From the NCBI GenBank assembly GCA_030156305.1, contig JASGMZ010000004.1:1-34411 (forward strand): DNA of 34,411 nucleotides. Direction: 5' to 3'. Under the pieces are notes generated by a model. The model was not told where the DNA came from. It did no database searches and was given only the letters and a program-made list of their open reading frames with translations. Within the stretch, counting starts at the first letter, position 1. Every line of letters begins with the position of its first letter. Of the stretch, positions 18,857 to 27,848 are shown piece after piece. Position numbers and translations under genes: made by a program. This stretch comes from Bacteroidales bacterium. Lineage in GTDB: Bacteria > Bacteroidota > Bacteroidia > Bacteroidales > UBA12077.

Positions 18857-20050
18857 ATGATTAAAAAAGGAATACAATTAACTACGGTATTATTATTTGT
18901 TGCTGTTTTTTTAGTATCCGCACAGGATGATAAAGAAAAAGCCAATGGATATGAATTTGAAATTATTAAAGAGTTAGAAAATACTCCGGTTAAAAATCAG
19001 TTCCGTTCCGGAACCTGCTGGAGTTTTTCTGCGGTATCTTTTCTTGAATCGGAAATGTTAAACATGGGAAAACTTGAAGTTGACTTATCCGAAGCATGGA
19101 TAATCAGACATTCCTATTCGGATAAAGCAAAACGCTATGTAAGATGGCATGGATATCTGAATTTTGGCGGAGGAGGCGCCTTTCATGATGTAACCAATAC
19201 GATAAAAAAGTACGGTATAGTACCCGAAGAAATTTACGATGGATTGAATTATGGAACAGAGAAATATGTTCATGGTGAGTTTGATGCTGTATTAAAAGGA
19301 TACATGGATCAGGTAATTAAAAATAAAAATCGTGAGCTAAGTACAGCCTGGCATAGCGGGTTAGAAGGCATTCTGGATGCTTATTTGGGAGAAAAACCGG
19401 AAAAATTTACATTACAGGGTAAAGAATATACTCCTGAATCTTTTGCTGCCGAGTTTACCGGTATAAATCCTGAGGATTATATTGAAGTAACTTCGTTTAC
19501 TCATCATCCCTATTATTCAAAATTTATTCTTGAAGTTCCGGATAACTGGTCTTACGACGAGGTGTACAATGTAACGATGGATGATTTTATCGAGATTATC
19601 GATAACTCGTTAGAAATGGGACATACTGTTGCATGGGCCGGTGATGTAAGCGAAAAAGGATTCTCGTGGAAACACGGAATAGCCATTGTTCCGGATATTG
19701 AATATGAAGAAACCAGCGGAACAGATAAGGAGCGGTTAACCGGATTATCAACCGAAGAAAGGATTTATTCTTTCCAGCAGCCGGTAAAAGAGATGGAAAT
19801 AACTCCTGAAATGCGTCAAAAAGAGTTTGATAATTACAATACGACCGACGATCATGGAATGCATATCGTTGGGGTAGCCAAAGATCAAACCGGAAACAAA
19901 TTTTATATCGTAAAAAATAGCTGGGATGTTGATAATCCATACGATGGGTATATTTATATGTCCGAAGCATTTATTAAATATAAAGCCACAGATATAATGG
20001 TACATAAAGAGGTAGTACCTAAGAAAATTGCCAAAAAGTTAGATTTATAA
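18857..20050 (+). CDS. C1B family cysteine aminopeptidase (PepC/bleomycin hydrolase-like), exported
   Basis: 397 aa; signal peptide, QFRSGTCWSF (Gln/Cys), DDHGMHIVG (His), VKNSW (Asn). Confidence 0.9.
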   Translation: MIKKGIQLTTVLLFVAVFLVSAQDDKEKANGYEFEIIKELENTPVKNQFRSGTCWSFSAVSFLESEMLNMGKLEVDLSEAWIIRHSYSDKAKRYVRWHGYLNFGGGGAFHDVTNTIKKYGIVPEEIYDGLNYGTEKYVHGEFDAVLKGYMDQVIKNKNRELSTAWHSGLEGILDAYLGEKPEKFTLQGKEYTPESFAAEFTGINPEDYIEVTSFTHHPYYSKFILEVPDNWSYDEVYNVTMDDFIEIIDNSLEMGHTVAWAGDVSEKGFSWKHGIAIVPDIEYEETSGTDKERLTGLSTEERIYSFQQPVKEMEITPEMRQKEFDNYNTTDDHGMHIVGVAKDQTGNKFYIVKNSWDVDNPYDGYIYMSEAFIKYKATDIMVHKEVVPKKIAKKLDL

Positions 20051-20074
20051 TAACAATTCTACATTTATAAGTAT

Positions 20075-20110
20075 AAATCCGCCAATGAAAATTTTCTTTG
20101 GCGGATTTTT
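20075..20110 (+). terminator. Rho-independent terminator
   Basis: aaatccgccaa..ttggcggatttt t after the peptidase stop. Confidence 0.7.
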
Positions 20111-20160
20111 GGTTCAAACAAACAGGTCACTTTAAATGTTGTATTCATAAACATTAGATT

Positions 20161-20937
20161 ATGGATTTACAAATTAACCATCAAACATTTATTGTAACAG
20201 GGGTAACCAGCGGATTCGGCCGATCAGTTGCCCTGAGGTTATTAGAAGAAGGAGCGAACGTAATCGGCGTTGCCCGAAGGAAAGAACTCCTCAGCGAATT
20301 AAAATACACCTATGATTCTCGTTTTGAATATCTGGCAGCAGATATTACTGAAGAGGGTGCTGTGGATCAGTTGATAGAAATAGCAGGGGTTACCAAGATC
20401 TCGGGAATTTTTGTGAATGCCGGAGGCCCGCCGGCAAAATCATTTATGGAAACTGAAATCACCGACTGGGACGAGGCCTATCAAAAGCTTTTGCGTTGGA
20501 AGGTTGATTTGGTGCATAAAATTGTTCCACGGCTGATTGATCAGCACTATGGACGAATTGTATTTTTAGAAAGTAGTTCCGTGAAACAACCCATCGAAAA
20601 CCTTGTACTAAGTACATCATTACGTATGTCGGTGGTTGGAATGGCTAAAACACTATCGCAGGAAATTGCCGATAAAGGAGTAACCGTGAATGTGCTGGCT
20701 CCGGGAACGCATCATACGAATGCCATTGAACGGTTAATCAACAAAAAGACTGAAACGGATGGTATAACTCATGAAGAGGCCCGGGTGATGTTTGAGAAAA
20801 ATACCAGGGTAGGTTTTATGGGCGATCCTGAAGATCTGGCTTCGATAGCGGTTTGGTTATTGTCTCCCTTATCCAAATTTGTTACCGGACAAACGATCTC
20901 CGTATCCGGCGGATCAATTTTAGGGGTTTTTGGATAG
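20161..20937 (+). CDS. SDR family oxidoreductase
   Basis: 258 aa; TGVTSGFG, NAGGP, SxxxR in place of YxxxK, VTGQTISV.GG. Confidence 0.88.
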   Translation: MDLQINHQTFIVTGVTSGFGRSVALRLLEEGANVIGVARRKELLSELKYTYDSRFEYLAADITEEGAVDQLIEIAGVTKISGIFVNAGGPPAKSFMETEITDWDEAYQKLLRWKVDLVHKIVPRLIDQHYGRIVFLESSSVKQPIENLVLSTSLRMSVVGMAKTLSQEIADKGVTVNVLAPGTHHTNAIERLINKKTETDGITHEEARVMFEKNTRVGFMGDPEDLASIAVWLLSPLSKFVTGQTISVSGGSILGVFG

Positions 20938-21018
20938 GTTATGTTCAATAACTGGTTAAACTTTTTGTTCTCAACACTTAATTCATTTATTTTGTAGATG
21001 AAACAAAAGTTTAGAGCT

Positions 21019-21228
21019 ATGGAATGTAATAAAGATCAGAATAAAAAAAATTGTAATTGTTCATACCCTTGCAGCAGAAAAGGGGTTTGTTGTGAGTGTA
21101 TCGCTTATCACCGGGAGATGGGACAGTTGCCCGCCTGTTACTTCCCTGATGATGTGGAAAAAACATACGACCGTTCAATCAGTAAATTTTTAGAAACGGT
21201 TCAGGAACGCGGGCCTCACTGGAACTAA
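21019..21228 (+). CDS. Small Cys-rich protein (DUF6485-like)
   Basis: [33 protein letters not shown]; start 21019 or 20998. Confidence 0.7.
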   Translation: MECNKDQNKKNCNCSYPCSRKGVCCECIAYHREMGQLPACYFPDDVEKTYDRSISKFLETVQERGPHWN

Positions 21229-21231
21229 TGT

Positions 21232-21798
21232 ATGGATAAGATTAGATGTGGCTGGGCCAAAAAGCCCTTAGAAATTGAATACCACGATAATGAGTGGGGT
21301 GTTCCGGTGCATGATGACCGTAAACTTTTTGAATTTTTAGTTTTGGATGGTTTCCAGGCCGGATTAAGCTGGTCGGCCATTTTAGCAAAACGCGCTAATT
21401 TCAGCAAGGCATTTGATGATTTCGAATCCCGAAAAATAGCCCGGTACGATGAGAAGAAAATCGAATCTCTGTTGCAGGATGCCGGGATTATCCGTAATAA
21501 ACTAAAAATTAAGGCAGCCATCAGCAATGCCCGGGCATTTTTAAAGGTGCAGGAAGAATTCGGCTCTTTTGACCGCTATATTTGGTCGTTTACTAACGGG
21601 AAAACAATAGTTAACCACTGGAGAACGATGGATGAAGTTCCTGCCACATCCCAGGAATCGGATGCCATGAGTAAGGATCTGAAAAAGCGGGGATTTAAGT
21701 TTGTGGGTTCAACCATTTGTTATGCCTTTATGCAGGCCGCAGGGTTAGTGAATGATCACCTCGTAACCTGTTTCCGATATATGGAAGTTTTACAATAA
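21232..21798 (+). CDS. tag: DNA-3-methyladenine glycosylase I
   Basis: 188 aa; RCGW, YHDNEWG, FQAGLSW, IIRNKLKI, GFKFVG.T.CYAFMQA.G.VNDH..C. Confidence 0.95.
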   Translation: MDKIRCGWAKKPLEIEYHDNEWGVPVHDDRKLFEFLVLDGFQAGLSWSAILAKRANFSKAFDDFESRKIARYDEKKIESLLQDAGIIRNKLKIKAAISNARAFLKVQEEFGSFDRYIWSFTNGKTIVNHWRTMDEVPATSQESDAMSKDLKKRGFKFVGSTICYAFMQAAGLVNDHLVTCFRYMEVLQ

Positions 21799-21957
21799 AA
21801 AATCAACGCAAATCGCGTTCTACAGTTGTAGATCAGTGCCATCTGCGTTCTATTTAATGAATTATGATGAAACATCCATGCACTGAAGTTTACAAAAATG
21901 GAATGAATATAACATGGATGTTCCACAAGGCCAATTAATTAACTAAAATATATTCTT

Positions 21958-23364
21958 GTGAATAACGATATTATATGTGCCATATCCACACCGCAGGGAA
22001 ACGGAGCCATTGCGGTTATTCGTTTAAGTGGTGATGAATCGATAGCCCTTACCGATAAGGTGTTCCAATCAGCAATCGATAAAAAACTGATTGACCAGCA
22101 GCCGAATACCCTGCATTTTGGCGTGTTAAAAGAGGGTGATAACATTATTGACGAGGTGGTTGTATCTCTTTTTAAAGCACCACGATCATACACCGGTGAA
22201 GATGTAGTAGAAATTTCCTGCCACGGATCAGTATATATTCAACAACAGATTCTTCAGTTGTTGATTAGAAAAGGAGCAAGGCTGGCCAAGCCCGGAGAGT
22301 TTACCCTGCGTGCTTTTGTCAATGGGAAAATGGATTTATCGCAGGCTGAAGCAGTAGCTGATCTTATCGCTTCTTCCTCTGCCACCTCACACAAAGTGGC
22401 TATCCAGCAAATGCGTGGTGGTTTTTCAAGCGAAATTGCAAACCTGCGCGACAGGCTGCTCCATTTTATTTCCTTACTTGAGCTGGAGCTCGATTTTAGC
22501 GAGGAAGATGTGGAATTTGCCGACCGTGGCCAGCTAAACGAACTATTGAATAACATCCAACATTTAATCCAAAAACTGCTTAAATCGTTCGAATTAGGAA
22601 ATGTAATCAAAAACGGTGTGCCTGTTGCCATTGTTGGGCATACCAATGTGGGAAAATCGACCCTGCTGAATAAAATACTAAACGAAGAAAAAGCCATCGT
22701 TTCCGAGATTGCCGGCACCACACGCGATGTAATCGAAGATGTGATAAATATCGAAGGAGTAACGTTCCGTTTTATCGATACCGCCGGTATCCGTGAAACA
22801 ACCGATACCATCGAAACCCTTGGCATTGAACGTACCTACGACCGCATCGCCAAATCATCCATAGTGCTGTTACTGGTGGATGCTACCGAAAAAGTTGCGG
22901 ACATTGCACAGGCGGTAAAAAAAGTAAAAGAAAAAATTGGCGCTACCGATAAAAAGCTGATTGTGATTGTAAATAAAATAGACCGTTTAAACGATTCGAC
23001 GATAGAGCAGGAGATCAATCAGTCGCTAAATAATCTACTCGATGAGCATGATGTGCACATAAAAATATCGGCCAAAACGGGCGAAAATATTGAGAAACTA
23101 ATTGAAGAACTGTTGTCGGTGGTTAACCTGGCTGCCCTGAACCAAAACGAAGTGATTGTAACCAATGCACGTCATTACGAAGCACTGGAAAAAGCATCGG
23201 TAGCGCTGCAACGCGCCATCGACGGACTAGACACTGGGATTACCGGCGACTTTCTGGCTATGGACATCCGCGAAGTACTCCATTACCTGGGTGAGATAAC
23301 CGGAGAAATCACTACTGATGAGGTACTTGGAAATATTTTTAAGAATTTCTGTATCGGAAAATAA
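21958..23364 (+). CDS. mnmE: tRNA modification GTPase MnmE (TrmE)
   Basis: 468 aa; SYTGED.VEISCHG, GHTNVGKS, GTTRD, DTAG, NKID, C-terminal FCIGK; GTG start. Confidence 0.97.
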   Translation: MNNDIICAISTPQGNGAIAVIRLSGDESIALTDKVFQSAIDKKLIDQQPNTLHFGVLKEGDNIIDEVVVSLFKAPRSYTGEDVVEISCHGSVYIQQQILQLLIRKGARLAKPGEFTLRAFVNGKMDLSQAEAVADLIASSSATSHKVAIQQMRGGFSSEIANLRDRLLHFISLLELELDFSEEDVEFADRGQLNELLNNIQHLIQKLLKSFELGNVIKNGVPVAIVGHTNVGKSTLLNKILNEEKAIVSEIAGTTRDVIEDVINIEGVTFRFIDTAGIRETTDTIETLGIERTYDRIAKSSIVLLLVDATEKVADIAQAVKKVKEKIGATDKKLIVIVNKIDRLNDSTIEQEINQSLNNLLDEHDVHIKISAKTGENIEKLIEELLSVVNLAALNQNEVIVTNARHYEALEKASVALQRAIDGLDTGITGDFLAMDIREVLHYLGEITGEITTDEVLGNIFKNFCIGK

Positions 23365-23419
23365 TTGATAATAAGAATTTTGTATTTTTACATTACAGGC
23401 ATATCGTTAATTTGTAGCA

Positions 23420-23445
23420 GTTATGCTGAACTTGTTTCAGCATCT
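23420..23445 (+). repeat. REP-like hairpin upstream of GIY-YIG gene
   Basis: gttATGCTGAActtgtTTCAGCATct, perfect 8-bp stem. Confidence 0.75.
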
Positions 23446-23461
23446 GTTTAATTAACCAACC

Positions 23462-23812
23462 ATGATAAAACAAGGATACGTCTACATTATGTCAAATAAA
23501 AACAGAACAACCTTGTATATCGGTGTTACCAATAATCTGGAACGCCGGGTGCTCGAACATAAAGCTGCCTGTGGTTCAAAATTCACATCAAAATACAATC
23601 TTTTTTATTTGCTTTACTGGGAGAAAATTGATGGAATGCAGCGAGCGATAGGCCGGGAAAAACAATTAAAAAACTGGCATAGCGAATGGAAATGGAACAT
23701 CATTCAAGAAGAAAACCCTGCGTTGAAAGATTTAGCCGGGGATTGGTTCTCGGATGATGTGATAAAAGAATATAAAAGGAGCCATTTGGCAGATTCCGAA
23801 GCTAGTTCGTAA
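23462..23812 (+). CDS. Small GIY-YIG nuclease family protein
   Basis: 116 aa; GYVYIM..TLYIGVT..L.RR..EH, FT.KY, AI.REKQLK.W...WK..I...NP...DL. Confidence 0.92.
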   Translation: MIKQGYVYIMSNKNRTTLYIGVTNNLERRVLEHKAACGSKFTSKYNLFYLLYWEKIDGMQRAIGREKQLKNWHSEWKWNIIQEENPALKDLAGDWFSDDVIKEYKRSHLADSEASS

Positions 23813-23816
23813 TGAC
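23791..23816 (-). repeat. REP-like hairpin at 3' end of GIY-YIG gene, inverted relative to 23420-23445
   Basis: Minus strand GTCATTACGAACTAGCTTCGGAATCT; 18/26 identical to the upstream copy. Confidence 0.7.
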
Positions 23817-23829
23817 TGCAAAACATCCG

Positions 23830-24050
23830 ATGAAACAAGAATATGTATATAGTGGCTATAAGAAAACGTCAATAACTGCGTTACGCTCGCATTGGCAACC
23901 AGTCATTTACGTCAGTAAACTCCTGGATGCCAATTCTTCGCAAGCCTTGTTCTTGACGTTTTTTATTACGCCACTAAAAAAACTGGCGTTTTCTAAGATG
24001 CACTATATATCTTATCTAACAAAAACAGAACAACACTTTATCCCGGATGC
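23830..24050 (+). pseudogene. Second GIY-YIG gene 5' remnant interrupted by a MITE-like element
   Basis: Removing the insert gives MKQEYVYILSNKNRTTLYPG versus MIKQGYVYIMSNKNRTTLYIG of the upstream gene. Confidence 0.8.
23850..24005. mobile_element. ~156 bp non-autonomous palindromic (MITE-like) element in a TATATA site
   Basis: Ends TAGTG..CACTA; TATATA at 23846-23851 and 24004-24009; nested inverted repeats; second copy at 34318 onward. Confidence 0.85.
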
Positions 24051-24160
24051 CCAAAGCTTTTTATCTGTATAATCTTAAAAATATTTTCCTAAACACCCTT
24101 GTTCTTTTTTGCTTTTTGTTTGTTTTTGTTAATTTTAGGTTCTGTTAAAATAATAAATGC

Positions 24161-26926
24161 ATGGGTAAAACACCTGAACAAATTGCACGTGAAAAGATTG
24201 ACCAAATGCTGATATCAGCGGGCTGGGTTGTTCAGGATATGAAAGATATCAACCTCGGGGCTTCGTTGGGTGTTATTGTCAGGGAATATCCTACCGAAAC
24301 AGGGCCGGCAGATTATATTATGTTTGTTAACCGTAATCCGGTGGGTGTGATCGAAGCTAAAAAAGAAGGAACTATATTAACTACTGTAGAAGAACAATCG
24401 GAGCGATATGCCACCAGCGGATTGAAATGGAATATCGATCAGCAAAAATTACCATTTATTTACGAAAGTACCGGAGTTATTACACGGTTTACAGATAATC
24501 GCGATCCGGTACCTCGTTCCAGGGAGATTTTTCATTTTCACAGGCCGGAAACACTGGAAGAATTAGTAAAACAAGAAAATTCCTTTCGCTACCGGTTAAG
24601 GAATGACATTCCGGTATTAAACCCTGAAGGGCTAAGAGCTTGCCAGGTAAATGCTATTACCAGGCTCGAAAAATCTTTTGCTGAAAATAAACCCAGGGCG
24701 CTCATTCAGATGGCCACCGGTTCGGGGAAAACATTTACAGCTATCACTTCGGTTTACCGGTTACTTAAATTTGCCCATGCAAAAAGAATTTTGTTTCTGG
24801 TGGATACCAAAAATCTGGGTGAACAAGCTGAACAGGAGTTTCAGGCATACAAGCCAAACGATGATAAACGTAAGTTTACCGAACTATATACAGTACAGCG
24901 GTTAAGCTCCTCATACATTAACCAAAGCTCGCAGGTTTGTATCAGTACGATACAGCGCATGTATTCTATTTTAAAAGGTGAAGAGCTTGACGAAACGGCC
25001 GAAGAACATTCGTTAAATGAAATAAAATTAAACAACGAAAATCCCAAAGAAGTGGTTTATAATCCGGATGTTCCGATAGAAACTTTCGATGTAATCATTA
25101 TTGATGAGTGCCACCGTTCTATTTATAATTTATGGAAACAGGTGCTCGATTATTTTGATGCTCTTCTGATTGGATTAACAGCTACACCCGATAATCGCAC
25201 TTTTGCTTTCTTTCACGAAAATGTGGTAAGCGAATATACCCATGAAGAAGCAATTGCCGACGGGGTAAATGTAGGATACGATATTTATACTATCGAAACG
25301 GAAATAACCCAAAATGGAGCAAAAATTGATGCCAAACAATTTGTGGATTTTCGCAGTAAGTTAACCCGTAAAAAACGTTGGGGGCAATTAGACGAAGAAG
25401 AAGAATATACGGGCAGGAATCTCGACCGTAATATTGTTAATCCAAGCCAGATAAGACAAGTTATACGCACATTTAAAGAAAAACTTTTAACTGAAATCTT
25501 TCCAAACCGCAAGGAAGTACCCAAAACCCTTATTTTTGCCAAAACCGACAGCCATGCCGATGATATTATTCAGATTGTGCGCGAAGAGTTTGGCGAAGGA
25601 AACCAGTTTTGTAAAAAAATCACCTATAAAATTGATGAGGATCCAAAATCCCTTTTAGCCTCGTTCCGAAATGCATACTATCCGCGTATTGCTGTTACGG
25701 TAGATATGATTGCCACCGGAACCGATGTAAAACCTTTAGAGGTGCTTTTGTTTATGCGCGATGTAAAGAGCAGAAACTACTTTGAGCAGATGAAAGGCCG
25801 CGGAACAAGAACCTACCGAAAGGATGACCTGCAAAAAGTAACGCCTTCGGCCGTTTCCAATAAAACACATTTTGTGATTGTGGATGCCATCGGCGTATGC
25901 AAATCGGTAAAAACCGAAAGCAGGGCACTGGAACGAAAAAAATCGGTCCCGCTTAAAGATCTGGTGATGAATGTAATGATGAATAACCGCGATGAAGATA
26001 CCTATACATCTCTTGCCGGGCGTTTGGGCCGAATAGAAAAGCAAATGACCCCTGAGGAAAAAAATCAATTTAAAGCTATTGCCGGTGGTAAAAGTATTCA
26101 CCAGGTAACCCATGAGCTCTTAAATGCCTACAATCCCGACTGTGCTATTGAAGAAACAAAAGCAAAATATCCCGAAACGGTTAATCTCGATGAGCAGGAA
26201 ATCCCGGCCGAAAGAGTAGAAGAAAGTAAGCAGGAATTGATAAATAAAGCAGGCAATGTATTTACCGGAGAGCTGTTGCAATATATCGAAAAAGTAAAAA
26301 CTGCACACGAGCAGATTATTGATACCGTAAACCTGGATAAAGTAAATTTTGCAGGTTTTTCGGACGATATGCAAGAGAAGGCCAAAGAAACCATCAAAAG
26401 CTTTGAGGCGTTTATTGAGGCGAATAAAGATGAAATTATTGCGCTTCGGATTTTTTACGATCAGCCTTATAAGCGCAGAAAGTTTTCTTATCAAATGATC
26501 AAAGAATTGCGCGGGAAATTGCTGCAAAGCAAACCCAATCTATCTATAATGACTGTTTGGGAAGCATATAAACGTTTGGAAAACAAACAAATATCGAACC
26601 CGGCCACCGAATTAACCGCATTGGTGGCTTTGGTAAGGCGTGCAATAGGGCTTGATACGGGCTTAACCCGGTTTGAAAGTACCGTAAATAATAATTTTAA
26701 ACAATGGGTGTTTACCAAAAATGCCGGTAATGTACAGTTTAGCAAAGAGCAAATGGAGTGGCTGCGGATGATGAAAGATTACATAGCCACCTCAATGAAT
26801 ATCGAAAAAGACGATTTTGACAACGAGCCCTTTGCCGAAAAAGGCGGGTTAATGAAAGTATGGAATATTTTTGGTGATCAACTGGAAGATATTGTAGAAG
26901 AATTAAATGTTGAATTAATTGCATAA
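24161..26926 (+). CDS. hsdR: Type I restriction endonuclease subunit R
   Basis: 921 aa; ADY..IEAK nuclease motif, MATGSGKT, DECHR, GLTATP, MIATGTD, QMKGRGTR, EcoEI-like helical C-terminus. Confidence 0.93.
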   Translation: MGKTPEQIAREKIDQMLISAGWVVQDMKDINLGASLGVIVREYPTETGPADYIMFVNRNPVGVIEAKKEGTILTTVEEQSERYATSGLKWNIDQQKLPFIYESTGVITRFTDNRDPVPRSREIFHFHRPETLEELVKQENSFRYRLRNDIPVLNPEGLRACQVNAITRLEKSFAENKPRALIQMATGSGKTFTAITSVYRLLKFAHAKRILFLVDTKNLGEQAEQEFQAYKPNDDKRKFTELYTVQRLSSSYINQSSQVCISTIQRMYSILKGEELDETAEEHSLNEIKLNNENPKEVVYNPDVPIETFDVIIIDECHRSIYNLWKQVLDYFDALLIGLTATPDNRTFAFFHENVVSEYTHEEAIADGVNVGYDIYTIETEITQNGAKIDAKQFVDFRSKLTRKKRWGQLDEEEEYTGRNLDRNIVNPSQIRQVIRTFKEKLLTEIFPNRKEVPKTLIFAKTDSHADDIIQIVREEFGEGNQFCKKITYKIDEDPKSLLASFRNAYYPRIAVTVDMIATGTDVKPLEVLLFMRDVKSRNYFEQMKGRGTRTYRKDDLQKVTPSAVSNKTHFVIVDAIGVCKSVKTESRALERKKSVPLKDLVMNVMMNNRDEDTYTSLAGRLGRIEKQMTPEEKNQFKAIAGGKSIHQVTHELLNAYNPDCAIEETKAKYPETVNLDEQEIPAERVEESKQELINKAGNVFTGELLQYIEKVKTAHEQIIDTVNLDKVNFAGFSDDMQEKAKETIKSFEAFIEANKDEIIALRIFYDQPYKRRKFSYQMIKELRGKLLQSKPNLSIMTVWEAYKRLENKQISNPATELTALVALVRRAIGLDTGLTRFESTVNNNFKQWVFTKNAGNVQFSKEQMEWLRMMKDYIATSMNIEKDDFDNEPFAEKGGLMKVWNIFGDQLEDIVEELNVELIA

Positions 26927-26940
26927 CTATATTCGTAAAA

Positions 26941-27846
26941 ATGAGTAGGAATAGCGAAAATATTCTTGAAAAACCTAAATCAGAATGGGGAGGGATTTGG
27001 ACTGAAAAGAAACTTGATGCATTTGCTAAATATGTTTCCGCCTATTTAAGAATAATGAATAGGAATAAGTATTGGAAAACTATTTATTTTGATGGTTTTG
27101 CAGGAAGCGGTACCAGAAAGTCAAATTGTAAATCTCCAATATACAGGCAGTTACTATTAACCGAACAGGAAGAAAGATTATATAAAGGTGCAGCTGAACG
27201 TGTACTTTCATTACCTGATAAATTAAAATTCGATTATCATTACTTCATTGATTCAAATGAAGAGTCTCTTAATAATTTAAAGGATAGATTATTAGATTTT
27301 CAGGAAAGTTATCAAAATCAATTTCAGTACAGGACAGGCGATTGTAATCAACACTTGTTGGATCTTTCTAAAGCTATGAAATCGAATAAAAATAAATACG
27401 CATCACTTGTTTTATTGGATCCGTTTGGTATGCAAATTAGTTGGGATTCTATTGAATCATTAAAAGAAACAAGAACAGATATTTGGATTTTGATTCCGAC
27501 AGGGGTAATTGTTAACCGATTGTTAGATAAATCTTGTCAGCTTAAAAATTCAAAGAAACTTCAATCTTTTTTTGGGCTAAGTAAAGATGAAATAATTGAG
27601 TATTTTTACCAGAAAGAAGTAAGGTCAACCTTATTCGGCGATGAAGAAGTTATAACAAAGGTTTCTAAACCAATTGAAAAAATTGCTGAATTATATTCGA
27701 AAAGATTAAAATCTATTTGGAAATTTGTGACAGATAAACCGTTAAGGTTAGAAAATTCAAGGGGTGTGCCGATTTTTCATTTTGTTTTTGCTTCAAATCA
27801 TCCGGCAGCAGTTAAAATTGCAAAAGAAATTATTAAAAGTTCATAA
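26941..27846 (+). CDS. tcmP: Three-Cys-motif partner protein (SAM-dependent methyltransferase fold)
   Basis: 301 aa; WTEKKL...Y, YFDGFAGSG, FID, GDCN, LLDPFG; immediately upstream of DUF5131. Confidence 0.85.
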   Translation: MSRNSENILEKPKSEWGGIWTEKKLDAFAKYVSAYLRIMNRNKYWKTIYFDGFAGSGTRKSNCKSPIYRQLLLTEQEERLYKGAAERVLSLPDKLKFDYHYFIDSNEESLNNLKDRLLDFQESYQNQFQYRTGDCNQHLLDLSKAMKSNKNKYASLVLLDPFGMQISWDSIESLKETRTDIWILIPTGVIVNRLLDKSCQLKNSKKLQSFFGLSKDEIIEYFYQKEVRSTLFGDEEVITKVSKPIEKIAELYSKRLKSIWKFVTDKPLRLENSRGVPIFHFVFASNHPAAVKIAKEIIKSS

Positions 27847-27848
27847 TT

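Noticed and set aside
21800-21925. Weak repeats (gcgttcta twice) and a 10-bp inverted repeat aacatccatg/catggatgtt between tag and mnmE
   Set aside because: Single occurrence, long loop, no recognisable riboswitch or element; not enough support
22254-23018. Long antisense ORFs (190 and 60 aa) within mnmE, and similar shadows in xdh, aor, pepC, tag and hsdR
   Set aside because: Fully overlap well-supported genes on the opposite strand or in another frame, with no recognisable motifs
23812-24072. 86-aa ORF from the ORF track
   Set aside because: Chimera of a GIY-YIG remnant start and read-through across the inserted palindromic element; the homologous continuation is in another frame
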